DNA of 64,000 nucleotides from Blasia pusilla (GCA_050084515.1 CM114271.1:13764001-13828000), one strand, 5' to 3'; shown: positions 37,490 to 52,627, numbered from the stretch's first letter. Translations and numbers: made by a program. Notes: generated by a model not told the origin, from the letters alone.

Positions 37490-40400
37490 AAATTTATTCC
37501 CCTAGTAAATAATATGTATCGGGAATCTTGATGAGATAAAGTAGATAGCATTGTGAAGAGTTTAAGGTTTGACACTTAGAAGCTAGGCACCCACATTTTG
37601 TATAATCAACACTCATATTATATGAGAGAATGTATCTCCCACTTTTCATATAGTACTTTATTCACTCAAGTAGATGAAAAGAAAATTATATAAGTAGGTT
37701 CTCTACTTCTTCTTTCAAATTCCAGTACAAAAAGAAAAAAGACTTTGTGAACCCATGAAGAAGCTTTCCTCCCCACCTCCACCACCAAGGTAGGACATGG
37801 GAGAGTTGAATGCCAAGCAAAACACAAGATTACAACCACAAAGGACTAGAAGGAACTCACAAAAAAATTCAAAGCCAAATGTGTGAGATTCATAGAGGGT
37901 AAAACCAAGCCTTGGGATATTTGGATCAAGCTTCCCAACAAGAAGAATGGACTAGTGGCCATTAGACAAAACTCCTCAATTAGACCACACATGGAAGGGA
38001 AATTGGTTATCTTGAGAGGCAAAAAAACCCCAACTGAATTTTGCAATGGCCCTCGAATATTATAGCTAAGAAATTGAGAGAGAAATCCAACAACATAAGA
38101 TGGATAAACCTAATACATTGCATTGATAATCATGGAAGGACATTATTGCACCTGTCAAAACCAAACATGCGCTAACATAGAACATTAGAACTCTAGTTGG
38201 TTGTTACATGCATATGCATCTCTACAGAATATTCATCACCAATCAAATGCACAAAACACTTGATAAACACATCTTACCACGAAGTCTAGATATAGAGGCA
38301 AGTAGCTACCAAAATATCTATAATAATATAGAAACATCCCTCACAAACACAAATCTTTGAGTCTCTTCAAACCAAATCCACTCTCATGGTAAGAGGACGA
38401 GGTTACTCACAAGGCAAAAAGCACCATTCCTATGTTGCCTCATACAAAGATGTTCTATAAAGAGAGAATGAGCTCTCTCTCTCTCTCTCTAAGCTAAGTC
38501 TATGGCGCCCATATTGTAGCCAAGCACTCTCCATCATATCACTTGTACTTCCCCTTTAAAACGTTGTATTCGGCTTCCAAATCAAAAGTCCATTATGAAT
38601 TCTTTATTAAACCCTCCAACTCTGATAGGCAAGAAATGACATTGCTCTTTTCTGAAGCACTCTCCCCATAAAAGGCTTTGGGAATAACACCATTATGTAC
38701 AGGGGGATCATAACTCTCCCCAGGCCCATCAAAATTCATATTACAACCTGCATTGAGATCATTCAAAACACCTCTTACGCCCTCATGCCCCTCCGACATT
38801 ATTCAATCAACTAGCATAAACCAATATAAACTCAATCTCTATCCCCATCGTCATATTAGTTGAGCTCTACTCCAAGTCCCAACATATTCCAATCAATATG
38901 TAGGTGGAAGAGATTCCCCCTAAATTGTATTCTCATGATATATGTGAACATCAATTGATTTTTGAGCAATTGAAATTTTGTCTCTTGATTCTTCCCCCAT
39001 TTCCACCACGATACATCTTTGTTAGTAATATCAAAGAATTTGCAATCCTATTAAATAAAATTGAGGTACCATCAATATAATTTTTCCACTCTTAAAAGCA
39101 CAAACTTGACTTAGATGTGTAAGGCAAGAAATACGTGAAATAGCATCTATCTTCATAAATTAAACACCAAGTCTACTTGGATATATCATATGATCCAAGA
39201 ACTCAATCTGGTCATAAAAGAACTTGCACTTAATTGGATGTAACTACAACCCATATAACTTCAATCGTCAAAATACCTTAACTAGCAAGATGCATGTTGC
39301 TATCCTTATAACCAAATGTGTCTCGATGCGAAACATCATAACTCTAGTAGGCTCACACTATCATGGATGCGCATCAAAGAGGTGTTTTGGAGGAGACATA
39401 AGATGTGAAATGCGAGTAAGGTTGAGCATTTTATGTGTTAATGGTCACAACTCGGGGAAATTTTGGACCAAACACGAACCAGGACTTGTGAGGAATTGAG
39501 TCTAAGAAAAGTAGATTGCCAAAGAGGATGAGAACCGGACTCGGAACTTGACTAGCGTTTGGGGTTTCACTATGTTTTAGGTCATAACGGCCGGACTTAA
39601 GATGCATTTGGGACAAGTAAGGTGGCATTAGAAATTTTATGCAAAGCTTATTCCAACGCATCAAAAATCTTGAAGAACGCATAAACAAAGATTGAGAAAA
39701 TGCACAAAATTTGTCGGAAGGACAGTTGGGTTGAGGGCCAAAATTAGTGGCCCGAGAGTACTTCCCAAAGGTAGGGGGAGGGTGGAGAACTCCAAAAGCA
39801 TATCTAAGGGAGGATCTCCAAGGGTTTTTGGGACCTAAACTCCACTTTGGGGAGCAGCAAGGCAAACCAAGGGCACAAAATGGGTTGGGAGGTTAGCGTT
39901 AGGGTGCAAACACCAAGCCAAGTCCAAGTGAGTGGATTTTGGAGATAACCCTTAGATTCCAACCCGTGACTCATTTTTTGGATCTCGATTAAAGAATCGT
40001 ACGAGGTCTATTGGATAGTTAGGACTGCTAGGCGTACGAGCGTCATTTCAGGTACTTTGACTATCCAAAAAATATGTCCTAAGTCCATAAAATCTTGCAT
40101 GTATTGGGAAGAGAATATGTAGGACCAGTTGAGCTTCATGAAAGGCCCAAGTTGAAAAGTTTGGGAGTTGGAAGGTTGATTGACTCGAACCAAGGCTAAT
40201 GAGAGTGTGTTTGGATGCATATTAGCAGAGTGAGTGTGACCTACTCAACGTACGCTTTCGCAAAATTTAAAATCAAACTTTAAGAGGATTAGGCGCATGA
40301 CAATGTCACTCATGCTCCTCAATGTTGATACTAAAGACTACAATGTCATAAATATAATACTTAGAAAAATCCTTATTTGTCAAGATCCTATCCTCAACTC

Positions 40401-40770
40401 TTTGAACAAATTTTGGGACGTTCTTTAATCAAAATGCTAAGAACCACAACATGTACAAACAATCCTTCTCGTAAGGATTGATGCCTCAAAATTTCCTCTG
40501 ATATTTTTGTCTCTCCTCCATTGTGATAGATAGTGCATGGTATGCGGCTTGAATTCAAATATCTAATGAACTGAAGACCTTTTCATGCCCATTGGCATCA
40601 AAGATCACCCCAAGCATGGATATAACATGTCAATTGCACATTGTCTATCATTTGATAAGTTGGTAGTCTCCACACAATTTCTTATTTGTCAAGTTGTCAT
40701 GCACATCCTTCTTTCAGGCATGGCAATGGTAGATGCATACTCTCCATGTGACATCTCCACTAGTTCTTGA
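37490..40770 (-). mobile_element. Highly decayed Gypsy-like pol remnant interrupted by a solo LTR
   Basis: 39160-39280 and 40303-40770 resemble the RT segments at 19970-20310 and 55900-56240. Boundaries approximate. Confidence 0.55.
39444..40302 (+). mobile_element. Solo LTR related to family D
   Basis: 40168-40302 is similar to the reverse complement of 16965-17100. Ends GGCGCATGACA. Confidence 0.65.
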
Positions 40771-43700
40771 GGAGTCACAAAATATATTTTGCATTTAGTA
40801 AGCATGATTTAAGCATATTGAAGGTTGCGCAAATTTGCATTGAGTAGTTCAGTGATATACCAATCTTCTAGCAATCCTACATGTACATTGAAATGGAGAA
40901 AGCCCAAATTTAGAGCAACAATCAAGATTAGGTTGAGATAGGAAGTGATGTACCTTGGCGTAAAAGTCCCACGGAAAATTTTGATTTTACATGGGAACCA
41001 AGGCGGGTAGCGAGGGAGCCAAGAGGCGGAGGTGAAGGCGGATGGAGGGGATGCATAGGGAGGCACGCTAGAGATACGGCCGAGTAATCCAACTACATTC
41101 GGAATACATGATCGTCCAAGTGTCATATTAGTCACTAGCCAATGACTAGACAACGAGATAAAGTCGAGGTAGGTAGTTAGCTGACTACACAATGGAAGGA
41201 AATAATATAATAGTGGGATCTCCAATGTGGTAGGAGACTGATGGGATATTGGATGGTGTGGGTTGATGTGACCATGACACATCTAGTAATTTTTTCAACG
41301 AGTGGAAGGTGTTTCACGACCCATGATTTCACAACCCTATGCTTTCGATCGTTATTTTCGATGAGATTCCTTGCCCATTTCCAGTTGTTGATAGAATTGT
41401 GACTTGCTAGCATTATGCTGACCAATGACAAGATGATTGATTTTCAAGAATGGTTTACAATAAAGTGTTAAACATGGCGATGCCAATTGATGGTTTCTAA
41501 TTTTTTATAAGAGGCTTGATTTATTAGTTGAGGAGAAGTTATACCATGTAAGATGTCACACCACATGGAGCGGTCATTGTTCACCAAGAAATAGAGTGAT
41601 GGCATGCGTGTTCAAGTTATCTATTTGAGTCTCATTCTTGCACTTGTTGCTTGTCATTGAGGATGTTGGATATTGGATAGAGATTGTGTTAGATGGGTGT
41701 AGAGATGGAGTCAAATGTAGATTCTTTTTGCATGTATTGTATTTGTGGATATAAGGCAGTTTCCCGAGGAGGAATTGTGTGTAAGACCCAGGTTGTTGTT
41801 AGCTTACGTGATCTAGTACCTATAGGAGACTCAAACTGAGCTCGAGTGTTTTAGTGTGCATGAGGTAGATGAGGTTAGCTAGTAAGGAGTGTAAGAGACT
41901 TACATTTTGGTGAGTTTGAGTGTGCGTGAGGCAGGGTTATTGTCACTAAATTAGCATTAGCGTAAGAAATCTAGTGAGGAGTATGGGAGACTCTTGGTGA
42001 GTTTGAGTGCTTGGGTGTATGAAGCAGGGTTGTCCTTACATATAAGGATCCTTGCACATGGTAAGGTAATGCCATTGGGAAAATCTGCATAAGGCGGCAT
42101 GGAGGTGGATGCAAGGTTCAATGTAGGGTAGTTACGAAAGAAGGAGCCCAAGATGGAACCAAGCGCATAGAGATTTATAAACGGGAGAATGGAACTAGTC
42201 AAGCAATGAAGGTTTTATAGTCTTGATGGTTGGAGGCTCTTAGTGTAGTGATCAAAAGCGTAAAAAGTACTCAAGTTGCATGGCAGTCGCTAGATAAGAA
42301 AGGATGACGGAGAATGGTACATAGACAAGGTCGGGTGACTCTGATTGAGAGATATGGTGAAGGCTAGATTGAGCTGTGTCACAAGAAGGTAGTTTCATAG
42401 GGTGGCATCACATGGTAATGACGAAGAGTGGGGATCAGATGTGCTCTAACAAAGCAAGGAGCAGCATAATATGAAGAGGATGTCATGCCAAAGGAGGGTT
42501 GTGTAACTTGTCTTAGCTAGGTTAGGCCACACGTGGTGAGGGTCGAGCAACAAAGCAAAGTCAAGGTATGTGGTCAAGTTGACTACATAATCAAAGCCAA
42601 TAACGTGGTATTGGGCCTTCAACATGGTAGGAGCTAGGTTGATGAGATTGTGGATGTTTTGGGTTAACATGATGTGACACATCCCAAGATGTTCCTCATC
42701 TTGGGATGTGTCTCAGAATGTAGATGTTCCACAACTCATGATTCACAACCCAACACTTTTGATCGTGATCTTCGATGAGATTCCTTGTCCACCACCAAGT
42801 TTTGATAGAGTTCTAGCTTCTTGGTACTATGGTGACTGATGACAAGATGAATGATCCGCACTCACAATATGCAATGGAGTGTTAGAGGTGGTGACACACA
42901 CCCTAATGCCAATGGGTAGTTCACATTTTTTGAGGAGAAGTTTGACTTGTCATGTTGCGGAGGGTGCCACACTACATGGAGCAATCATTGTTGATTGTGT
43001 TGTAAAATGATAGCATGTGTGTTCATATTACTCATTCAACTCCCATTCCTATGCTTGTCTCTTGTTATCTAGGATGATGGGTATCATGAATAACTTGAGC
43101 TAGAAGGATGCATTTATGGTATCAAGTACAAACTCCTTTTGGGTGTCGTATGTTTGTGGGTATAGAGCAGTTGAACAAGTAGGGGTCATGTGTACATGTA
43201 TGACCCAAGTTGTTGTTAGCTTATAGTTAGGTGAGATAGTATGGGAGGCTCAAGATAAGCACGAGTGTTTGACTGTGCATGAGATAGAGTTTTTCATTAT
43301 GGGATTACCATTAACGCAGGTAAGTTAGTGAGGAGTGTGGGAGACTCTTGTGAGTCATAGTGCATGAGCCTATGAGGTAGGGTTTTCATCATGATATTCT
43401 TCCATGGTTTGGAAGAACGGGGTAGTTTGAGGAGTGGTAGTGAAATTATGCAGAGTTTAGTGAGGTATTGAGGAGTTTTGAGTGAGAAACCACTATGACT
43501 ACCAAATATTGTTTGATTGTCATCACTAGACAACGAGTCTAGTGACAAGATCATGGACAAAGAGAGTGTTACGTGGGGAGAGATGGACAATGTGAGCCAT
43601 TGGGACATAGGTTGGTTCTTGCGAGCGGTAGGCACCATTGACCTCGATGACTTCATTCAAGACTTCATCGTGTACAAGGTGTGACTTCTAGGAGATATGA

Positions 43701-44499
43701 GCCCTTATACGTTACAACCCTTTCATGTCGTGGAAGGGTTTGTTCCAACACTTAGAGGGATCTTCTATGGATGACTATTGGAAGTTCAGATATATAGTCT
43801 TATAGTTCCAATAGTCATCCAATAGTCATCCATACATGCTATAGAGATCTATGCCTAGAGGGTGTATTGGATTGTAAGGTATTTGTCCATTAGTGGTCGT
43901 GAGGAAAATAATGGGGTGTTGGGAGCAATCAGGTCCATACCATTAGCCAAGGAGTAGATGGAGATGATATATAGGAATGATGGTAGTGAGGTAGCGAAGA
44001 TATTTGGTAGTAGAGGTCCACCTAGATTCATTCCTACATTTGAGTTTTTCTTAGAGTCGAGGAGGATTTTGAACTAGCATGGCGTGCAAACTGTCAAGTT
44101 GAAGAGTCTACAAGATTTCCAGCGGAGATCGGATCTCAGGAATATCATCCAGAGCGTCTAATACATCATGTGCGACTATAGGTTATTATTTTTAATTAAT
44201 CAAACCCTCTTTCATTTTTTTGAAATATTTAATTGAGCCATCGCTATTATTATTATCTCAACTATGGATTTTAATAACCCTTTTGCTATTATACAACTTT
44301 TTTAAAAACTTACAATCTCTTTTGCATGCGGATATAATTTATATAAAAGAAGTACACTTCAAACGGCCACTTGGATGTAAATGAAAAATAGTACAAGCAA
44401 TACACATGGAAGACATAACACAAATACATTTCACCGAAATATGCAACAAGGTTGATTTAAATACTTTATTTCATAAATATCTTAAATAGTCAAGATTTT

Positions 44500-47400
44500 C
44501 TCTTGTCTTTTTAGAATGTATCTAAAATTTTTCTATCATGAGGATCTAATATCCAACATCTTTCACTCCCTACTGGTATTCCTTTTTAACATAAGAAATT
44601 ACCATATCGTATCCAATCCATTGTACATCATTGTTATCATAAGGGAAATGAATTGAGCTTTGACTCACATGAGTGAGCCAATTGACCCTACACTCTATCC
44701 AATCATCTTTCGTTGTAGATCCTCCAACATGTTCGAGCATGCCTCTATCATGTTATGTTATTTCATGCTTATTTTTGTGTAACTCTTTCCTATTTTTCTC
44801 CTTAAGGGCCTCGGACAATATGCCATGTTTTCTCACTTTACCTATCCAAGATTTCTAAGCATATCCTCTTTCCATGATGCTTGTAGGGACTCCTTCAGTC
44901 TTTTTCTTCTCTATCTAGATGCTCCAACTCTCGAGGTAGAAGATTGCAAAGCTTCCTCTTTAAACAACACAACACATATAGTACCAATATCTAATATACA
45001 TGATGCTCCTGGTCCGTTTAAAGGTTGAAAATGAAGTTGAGGAATACTATATGTCAATGAACTTCTCGTTCTTAATAGTCTATATTTTGAAAGCATAGGA
45101 TTTCCAACAAGTTGACTCACCTACATTGATTTATAAATACTTTCCCCTCATATTTAACACTAGGGTCAACCTAACTAACATTCTCTTTTCCATCACTCTC
45201 GTGCGTAACCCTCGGCGTAAGCTCACTCATAACATGTCTTAACTCATATCCAACTACAACAATATCAACTAGACCATCATCTATAGTATTGTTATCGTTT
45301 GGAAGAACCAAGGGAGGATTTGGTTCATTCCACAAATTTGACCTCATGGATGAGTGAACTAATGGAACAGAATCATTCCAAATGTTTTCCCTTACACTAT
45401 CATGATATCTAGCTTGCTCATTCTCCATAAGAGTTGTTACACAATCAACTTCAGGATGTGGATCAAAATTTGCCATCTCTTGGTAATCACGCAACCAAGC
45501 ATTTTTCTCCACCTCCCAAAGCTTCTCCCACCATATTTGATCCGTCTCCCTACAAGATGAATGTGGACACATCCGAAACATAACACACGTGTTTCTTGCT
45601 TCTTGCAACCCTTTCTTCAAAGCCTCCACAATAACTTCCTCAATCCTAACTAAGGAATAGTCTCCAAAATCTGTACATTCTTCATCACTACTTAAGGGAT
45701 ATATGTAAGTCTTGTCACATATATTTTTGCTTCTAGATTTCCAAATCTCAAACCATTATCGCCAAATTCATAAGTTGCAAGAAAATTTAAACCAACACAG
45801 AATCTAGTAGTGTTATGCAATTCTAGCTCCTTCATGACCACACATGCTACCTATCTTGGAGAAAAACAACAACTCAAAGCAATCTCAACCAACTAAATGC
45901 AGTGGAACAAGGAACGTGGAAAATTTGTCTCTAAAAAGATGGATGAAAATTTAACACAATGACATGGAATTTGTATATCATAGAATGCTTCTAGGCTCAA
46001 CATATTCTTCTTTGTAAATTCTATGCAATTCCTTGCTATAGAATGAGATCCATGCTTTAGCCACAATCTCCAAAGGCGTATGAAGAAAGAAACCTTTCCA
46101 CATAAGCAGATATAGTCTCGTAATCCTAGAGATTGAGAAAAAAATACATCAATATAATATGATAAAAACTCCAAAGAGAATCTAGTGCTAAGTGTATGCT
46201 CTTGAAACTTATCTCTCCTCTCTCCTATATGTCTCAACAAGTTTCGCACTTTCCTACTTGCTATTCTTTGGGGCCTTGCCAAGTTCTAACTATTTCTACA
46301 ATAAAAATTATCAAAGTTGAGCTTATGCTCATCATAAGAGTAATGCTTGAAGACAAGCATTACATGTTCTAATGTACCTATATGATCTCTAAAGCCAAAG
46401 GCATGCTCATCCGATCCAATGGGTTTATTGCCTTCTTACAATTACGTGTAGGATCCTAATCCCCAAGACCAAATGCACATCCAATTTTAAAAATTAACTA
46501 CACCAATTTTCCCAAGATAATCTTCCATCGTCAGTCTATGTCTACACGAGTCTCTGTGACTAGTATGACCAATCATAGGACCAATTGCTACTCTACATTC
46601 TATACTCTTCCATTAATTGCGAATGCTGTCTCACCCAACTAGCTTTAAACCTATTGCAAGTAGGAATACAACAAAATACAAGCTAAGGCAATCTTACATG
46701 CAAAGGATTTACTATCAATACTTGAGCATATATACCACATACATATGTTTTCAAGGTAGATGCAATCTTGTTATACCCTTTGTCTCCATTACCAACATAC
46801 ACTGCTAGTCCAAAAGAGAATGTATCGTTTTCTTCCTCCTTGCAAAATCCAATAAGAAAATCTTGCTTAGCTTCTTCCACCATGAAAACTCATTCATCAT
46901 ATGTACACTCATAGACATGTAGAAATAAACAACATAACCATTCCATGAATGCATCTTGAAATGAATATGAATGCATCTTCCAAATAGCAATAATCCCCAA
47001 CTTGGCTCTAGGTTTGATTCTTGTTTTATCTTCTACCAAAACCATAAGCATATTCCCTTCAATCCCAAGTTTAGCCTTGACAGTAGTATATATCCCAACT
47101 ATCTTTGAGAAGATTTCAAGCCTCATACCTGCACGAAAAGCCACCAACTCCGCTCTCTCTAGCTTGAGTCAATGTCCTCAAGCTTGGACCACATAGGTTT
47201 ATAGCCATTAAATATACCATTGGCATACTTCCATACTACAACAATAGTTAAGTAATGGCTTTTTTTCCCCTTTTAAACCAAAAACCCATCTCTTTATGGT
47301 TCAAGTTCTTCCCCACATCAGTCAAGAAATCCCACAATGTTGATTTACCTCCAAAGGCATCTCTCTTCCAATATGTAACAATGTTTTGACAAAAAGCAAG

Positions 47401-47700
47401 GATCTATTTGTCATCTCATACAACATGACATTCAAGTTTATGTTTCTCATGTTTAAGGCACACAATTTCTTACTTAGACAAAATACATCCCACCTTTCCT
47501 CCCTACGAGCTTTAAGTGTTGCTCTAATAGCATCTCTTAAATGTAGGAAGTTCAAATACTCCCACTATATCTTAGATAGAGTATCTCTACAACCACGTTT
47601 GTATATTGATTTCACACTTCTACCCACTTTCTTCCTAAAATCATTCAATTTAGGGATTTGTTCATGCGTCTCCTCCTCCAAGATCATGAGCCCATTGTAA
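44500..47700 (-). pseudogene. Decayed DNA transposase, P-element/THAP9-like motif spacing
   Basis: Fragments LVEDKTRIKP (46890..47147), IGHTS(H)RDS at ~46550-46580, a D..H-K-like segment at ~46430-46470, FFIRLWRLWL (45893..46282) and G.DCFE..FSKIG at ~45850-45892. Confidence 0.45.
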
Positions 47701-48742
47701 AGCCATAGTCGAGTGTCTTTGAAGAACCACTCAGTTCCCTAACACAATAGCATCTGCTTTTGACTCACAACATGATTCATCTCCCATAGAAATACAAAAT
47801 TTCCATAAAAGTATTAGTAAGATCGAGCGGTGAAAGAAAAAAAACAGTATCAAACGACAATGTGCACAAGAAGAGATGTCGACAACTCAAAGTACCTATC
47901 AACGCCAAGTAGCAAAGTGTAGCAATAATTGATCTTCTTGCATAAGTGTAGAGGTGCATGCAATGCAATATTGGTATGGGATTCTAGATTGAGAGCTATG
48001 GAGGAGAGTTTGGGATGCAATGTTATTTCACACAAAAAAGGCCATATTGAATGTGATCTTTGAGTTCTCTAATAAGATTGACCTTAACATGAGTGATTAA
48101 GAGGCATTTTGTAATCATGGGATTCCCATGAGATTCAAAGGATCCACATGTGTTAATAGCCCTATAGGTGCCCAAACGTGCAATGATATGATAAGAGTGG
48201 GTCGGTATGCTCAGAAAGTAGAGCGGGTATCGTGAGCCCATGAGGCAATAGCCCGTAGAGACATGTGTTTTTTAATAGGGACCAAGTTTGGTTTGATGGA
48301 CGTGTGGTGGATCCCATAGGTAGAGGGATTGCACACAATATGGTGGGGTGCAAAGAGCGCGTTACATGGCTCATGAACCACCTTGCATGGCACCACCATA
48401 GTTGTAGAGTGATCATTATCACTAATATAGTCACAATCAATGATAATAGATGTTTCAAGCTTTGCCAAGAGACAAGTCTGAAGGCAACCTGAGGGCTTGG
48501 GGGTGGTCAAGTTGGTGGAGGTCAAAGAGTGTATGGTTGGGGTGGTACGTAAAGCTCCATTACGTATCATAGGGGATGGAGAACGGGCACTTGAGGCAAA
48601 GCTCCTTCACTACATCAATCGATTGGATTAAAGGACTACTGCCATGATTATGACATATTCAAGGATGGGTATGTACTTCATCTTCAGCCTCTATGTACCA
48701 TATCATGATATTAAGGAGAACTTCTCTAGTATGGAATTCATG

Positions 48743-51700
48743 TGTAATGTGTCACGTTATTTAGGATACGTCAGTAAGATCTAGCGGAGCGCCTTTGGAG
48801 ATACTAGAGGACAACCTCAAAAGGTTGAGGATGACCTTCTAAGGCCACGAGTAACCTGAGAGAGCAGGTTTCCCCTTCATTTCGGCTAATTTGGAGCCAT
48901 ACATAGAAACTTACTATTTTGGATAAGTTTCTATTTAGAGCATAGTTGACTTTCTACTTTGGAAAGTGGCCCTTAACCCAGGTCAACAGGTCAAGAGCCA
49001 AGGAGATAACTTGCGGGCATAGGTTATCGAGGAGAGAGTTTGGGAGAGGGAAGGGGATATACCTCCAAGAGAGAGAGCTTGAGAGCTCATTCTCTCTTTG
49101 TTGAACCTCGTGGCATGAGGCGGCGGACCTTTGGTCTTCCTTGCCTTATATGTGTAATCCAAGCCTCTCATTAGGAGAGTGGGTTTGGTTTGACATGAGA
49201 GAGAGTGCACACCATGAAGAGCGTGGTGTGAGATATTGATGTGAGATTTCATTGATTTACAAAGAGAGAATTGAGTGGGTGAGAGAGTTTCAATGGGAGA
49301 GCTCACTGGTCACTCGCAATTGTTGCAGGTTGGGGACCGTGTTTCCCTTTCAACGGCTCATGAGAGTGCTCACCGGAGCAAGAGCTGCTTGATTTTGCTG
49401 TTTCTTTACCGATTTTTCATGAAGAAGAGTGGCGCGCGGAAGCGCTGCCCAAATTTTTGTAGAGATTGAGTATAGGGGCGGATTGCCCCATTTCGGTGCT
49501 CTTGGGAGCACCATACATCTCTTTTATTTTATAGGTTTGAAACTTCCGTTGGGAGAAATCAACGCGAAAGCGTTGCCAAATTTATTGTAGGATAGTAGAT
49601 TGAAGGGCTTTACAACAGTCCCTGTCAGTTTTTATTGGAAAATTGGATTGAAAAACAAATTTGACATTGTCGTAGATCATGAAGCTATGCACTTTGTGCA
49701 ATAGACGGTACACAATTTGGAGCTACGAGCAAAAAGTTATGACCAAGTTTGCAAATTATCAATTTTAGAATAAAAATTATCAAACCCTAAACCAGCCGCC
49801 ACCGTTTAGGGTTTGACGGCCGCTTGACGATAATCGAGTATCATACCGTGACACCGGAAGCCGCACTGCACTGTCTCGATCGCGGAGCCACTCCATCAGT
49901 GGGGAGCAGATTGTGTTTTGTTGACTGAGGAGGGTATGCCGCCGAGTGCCGCACCCCATTCGTGAGTGACGTATCATTTGTAGCCGTCGTAGGACTTGAA
50001 GCAGGTAGGGAACATAGATTTGGTCATTGCAGGTTGGCCATGTTAAGGCCACTCAAGTGTTGGATGAGGTAACGGGTTACCTGACTCTCGGTCCAGGTTG
50101 TTGTGGGAGATGATGCAAATCTCGCGACACTTGCAGGAGCATCACTTTTGTTCTCCAACATACATTCTGGAGAATGTGCCAATTTTGGGCGATTCGAGGT
50201 CTTGCATGGTGACGAGTGCACATCAGGTGCGCGTATGGATCGGCCCAACAGTGTTGTTGGATGCAATAAGTGTAGGTTCATGAGCACATTTTCTACGTCT
50301 TTGGTGGACCAACTTGGTGCTACATGAGGTTTTTTGGAAGGCGTATGCGAGAGTGGAGCGCCCATCCCATTTTTTGGTGGATTTTATTCACGATCTAGGT
50401 CGTCAATCACAGGTAGTGAGGCATGCTGATTGATCTTTGTTGACTGTGGTCAATAGGATTGGAATGCCACGAGCAGCCTTTTCCACATTTGTGAGTTTTC
50501 TCACTTCCTATGCATTCAAGGAGGTCGAACGTGGCTTGGTTTGGGATGACCAGATATAGCGGTTGGTAGAGCCCAATGCCGATGAGCAAGAGCGAGCAAT
50601 GGGATTCCCCATAGGAGTGACGGCAGTACCGTCACTATTAGAGGCATCACGACGTCATGTCTTTGGTCAAGCGATGGACCTGAATTTCTTGACATGGATT
50701 TTCAGCTTAGCAATAGCCGAGAGATGATAGCCACAACATCGAGCATGGTTTTGGGTACTTCACGTGGAGGAGATCGGATTTTGCAGTTGGGTGTAGGGGA
50801 TCAGTCCCGCTCTGTTGTTCGAGACAGGGTTGCACCATAACAACCACCAACACCGGCGCCGGAGAGTCCTACCGTAGTCACGATGGAGACTTGGGAGCCA
50901 GATATGGGCCCTAAGTTGATAGGAGGAGAGCGGCGCCGGATACATCAGTTACTTAGGAGTTATAGGAGCCATTTTGCATTTAGTATGCATGATTTGGATA
51001 CGGGTCCACGGATCCGCATTGAGTTGTCGAGCGACACGCCGATCTTCCGACAACTCTACAAGTACAGTCACATGGAGAGGGATCTAATTTAGAGTAAGAG
51101 CCATGATTTGGTTGGAGCAGGACGAGTGGAGATGTCGCATGGAGAGTATGCATCTACCACTGCCATGTCCGCCAAGAAGGATATGCATGGAAATTGGACA
51201 GATAGGCGGATGTGTGGAGATTGCCGACCTATCAATCAGTAGACGAAGTCCGATAGGTATGCCATACCCACCCCTAAGGAGATCTTTGATGCTATTGGGC
51301 ATGCAAAGGTCTTTAGTCCGCTAGATCTTCGAGTTGGATACCATCAGTTGCCTATCAAATTGGAAGTGAGGCAGAAGACGATATTTTGGGGCATCGATCC
51401 TTACGGGAAGGATTATTTGTATCACTCGCGGTTCTTACCATTTGGGTTAAAGAATGCCCCGGCTGAGTTTCAAAGGGTCATGGATAGAATCTTGGTAGGT
51501 CTATATTTTGCTAGGTGTTAGATTGATGACATCGTAGTCTTTAGCGCCACGGTTGAGGAGCATGAGCGACATCTAGAGGAGGTATTTTGACGATTGCGGT
51601 TACATGGGCTGAAGTTACATCTAGAAAAGTGCAAGTTCTTCTACGACCAGATTGAGTACCTAGGTCATACCATATATCCAAGTGGCCTTGGTGTGTAGTA

Positions 51701-52627
51701 GATGAAGGTGGAGGCTATTTCACGCACTCCACGCCCTACAGATGTGAGTCGAGTTCGTGCATCCATCGGATTGGAAAACTTTTATCGACGGTATGTCAAG
51801 GGTTTCAAATTGATTCCAAAGTCATTGACCTTGCTGACCAATGTGGATCAGAAGTGGTATTGGGGGGGATGATCAAGAGAGAGCACTTCAACTGCTCAAG
51901 GACAGATTGACATTTGCGCTCGTACTGAGGAGACCGATCAGGGGGCATCCTTTCCAGTTGCATACCGATTGGAGCATGTTGGGGCTTGGAGCCGTGCTCA
52001 CCCAGCATGACGATGATGGTAGAGAGTTTGTGGTGGCTTACGCTAGTCACTCAAACAACGCAACACAGGAAAAGTATAGGTCGTATGAGGATGAGTGCTT
52101 GGCTGTAGTGTGGGTTGTTGCACATTTTAGGTATTATCTATTTGGCAACCCTTTTACCATTATTACTAATCACCGGCCACTTAAATGGTTGATGGAGTCC
52201 GACAAGCTTACATGAAAGCTTGCAAGGTGGGCTCTATTGTTGCAGGAGTGTGATTTCTAAGTTGTGCATAGACCTAGGACGCTCAACTGGGATGCAAATG
52301 GTTTGAGCTGTAACTCATGACCAAGTTAGCGGGATGCGACCCGATCTCGTTGGCATGGAAAGAGTGGTGAGAAGTTGGTGCTAGGATGGCACGCGTCAGC
52401 CTTTTTGGGCTTGTTGGCTATGGAGAGCCAGATTTTTGAGACTTCAATGGCGAGGTCTGATTTAGAGTCCTTAGATCCAGAGGCTCATGAGAAGATGACA
52501 AGTGCGCGAGACATTCACGAAGATGGAGTAGTCTTGGAGTACCTGCATATTGGTCGCGTTGCGAGCACAGTGGGTGCTAGAGAGCAGGATCAGATCCTAC
52601 AGCAAGCTAGACGGTTCCAGTGGGAGG
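48743..52627 (+). mobile_element. Family B-like DNMT-Gypsy copy (5' repeat A, leader, DNMT, RT, RNaseH), cut by insertion of family A copy 2
   Basis: 48743-49100 is homologous to 16490-16831 (reverse). DLVIAGWPC at ~50016-50043, YILENVP, LWWTNL, EQERAMGF; RT and RNase H motifs at 51000-52300. Confidence 0.85.

Noticed and set aside
38470-38490. (CT)n microsatellite
   Set aside because: Ordinary simple repeat.
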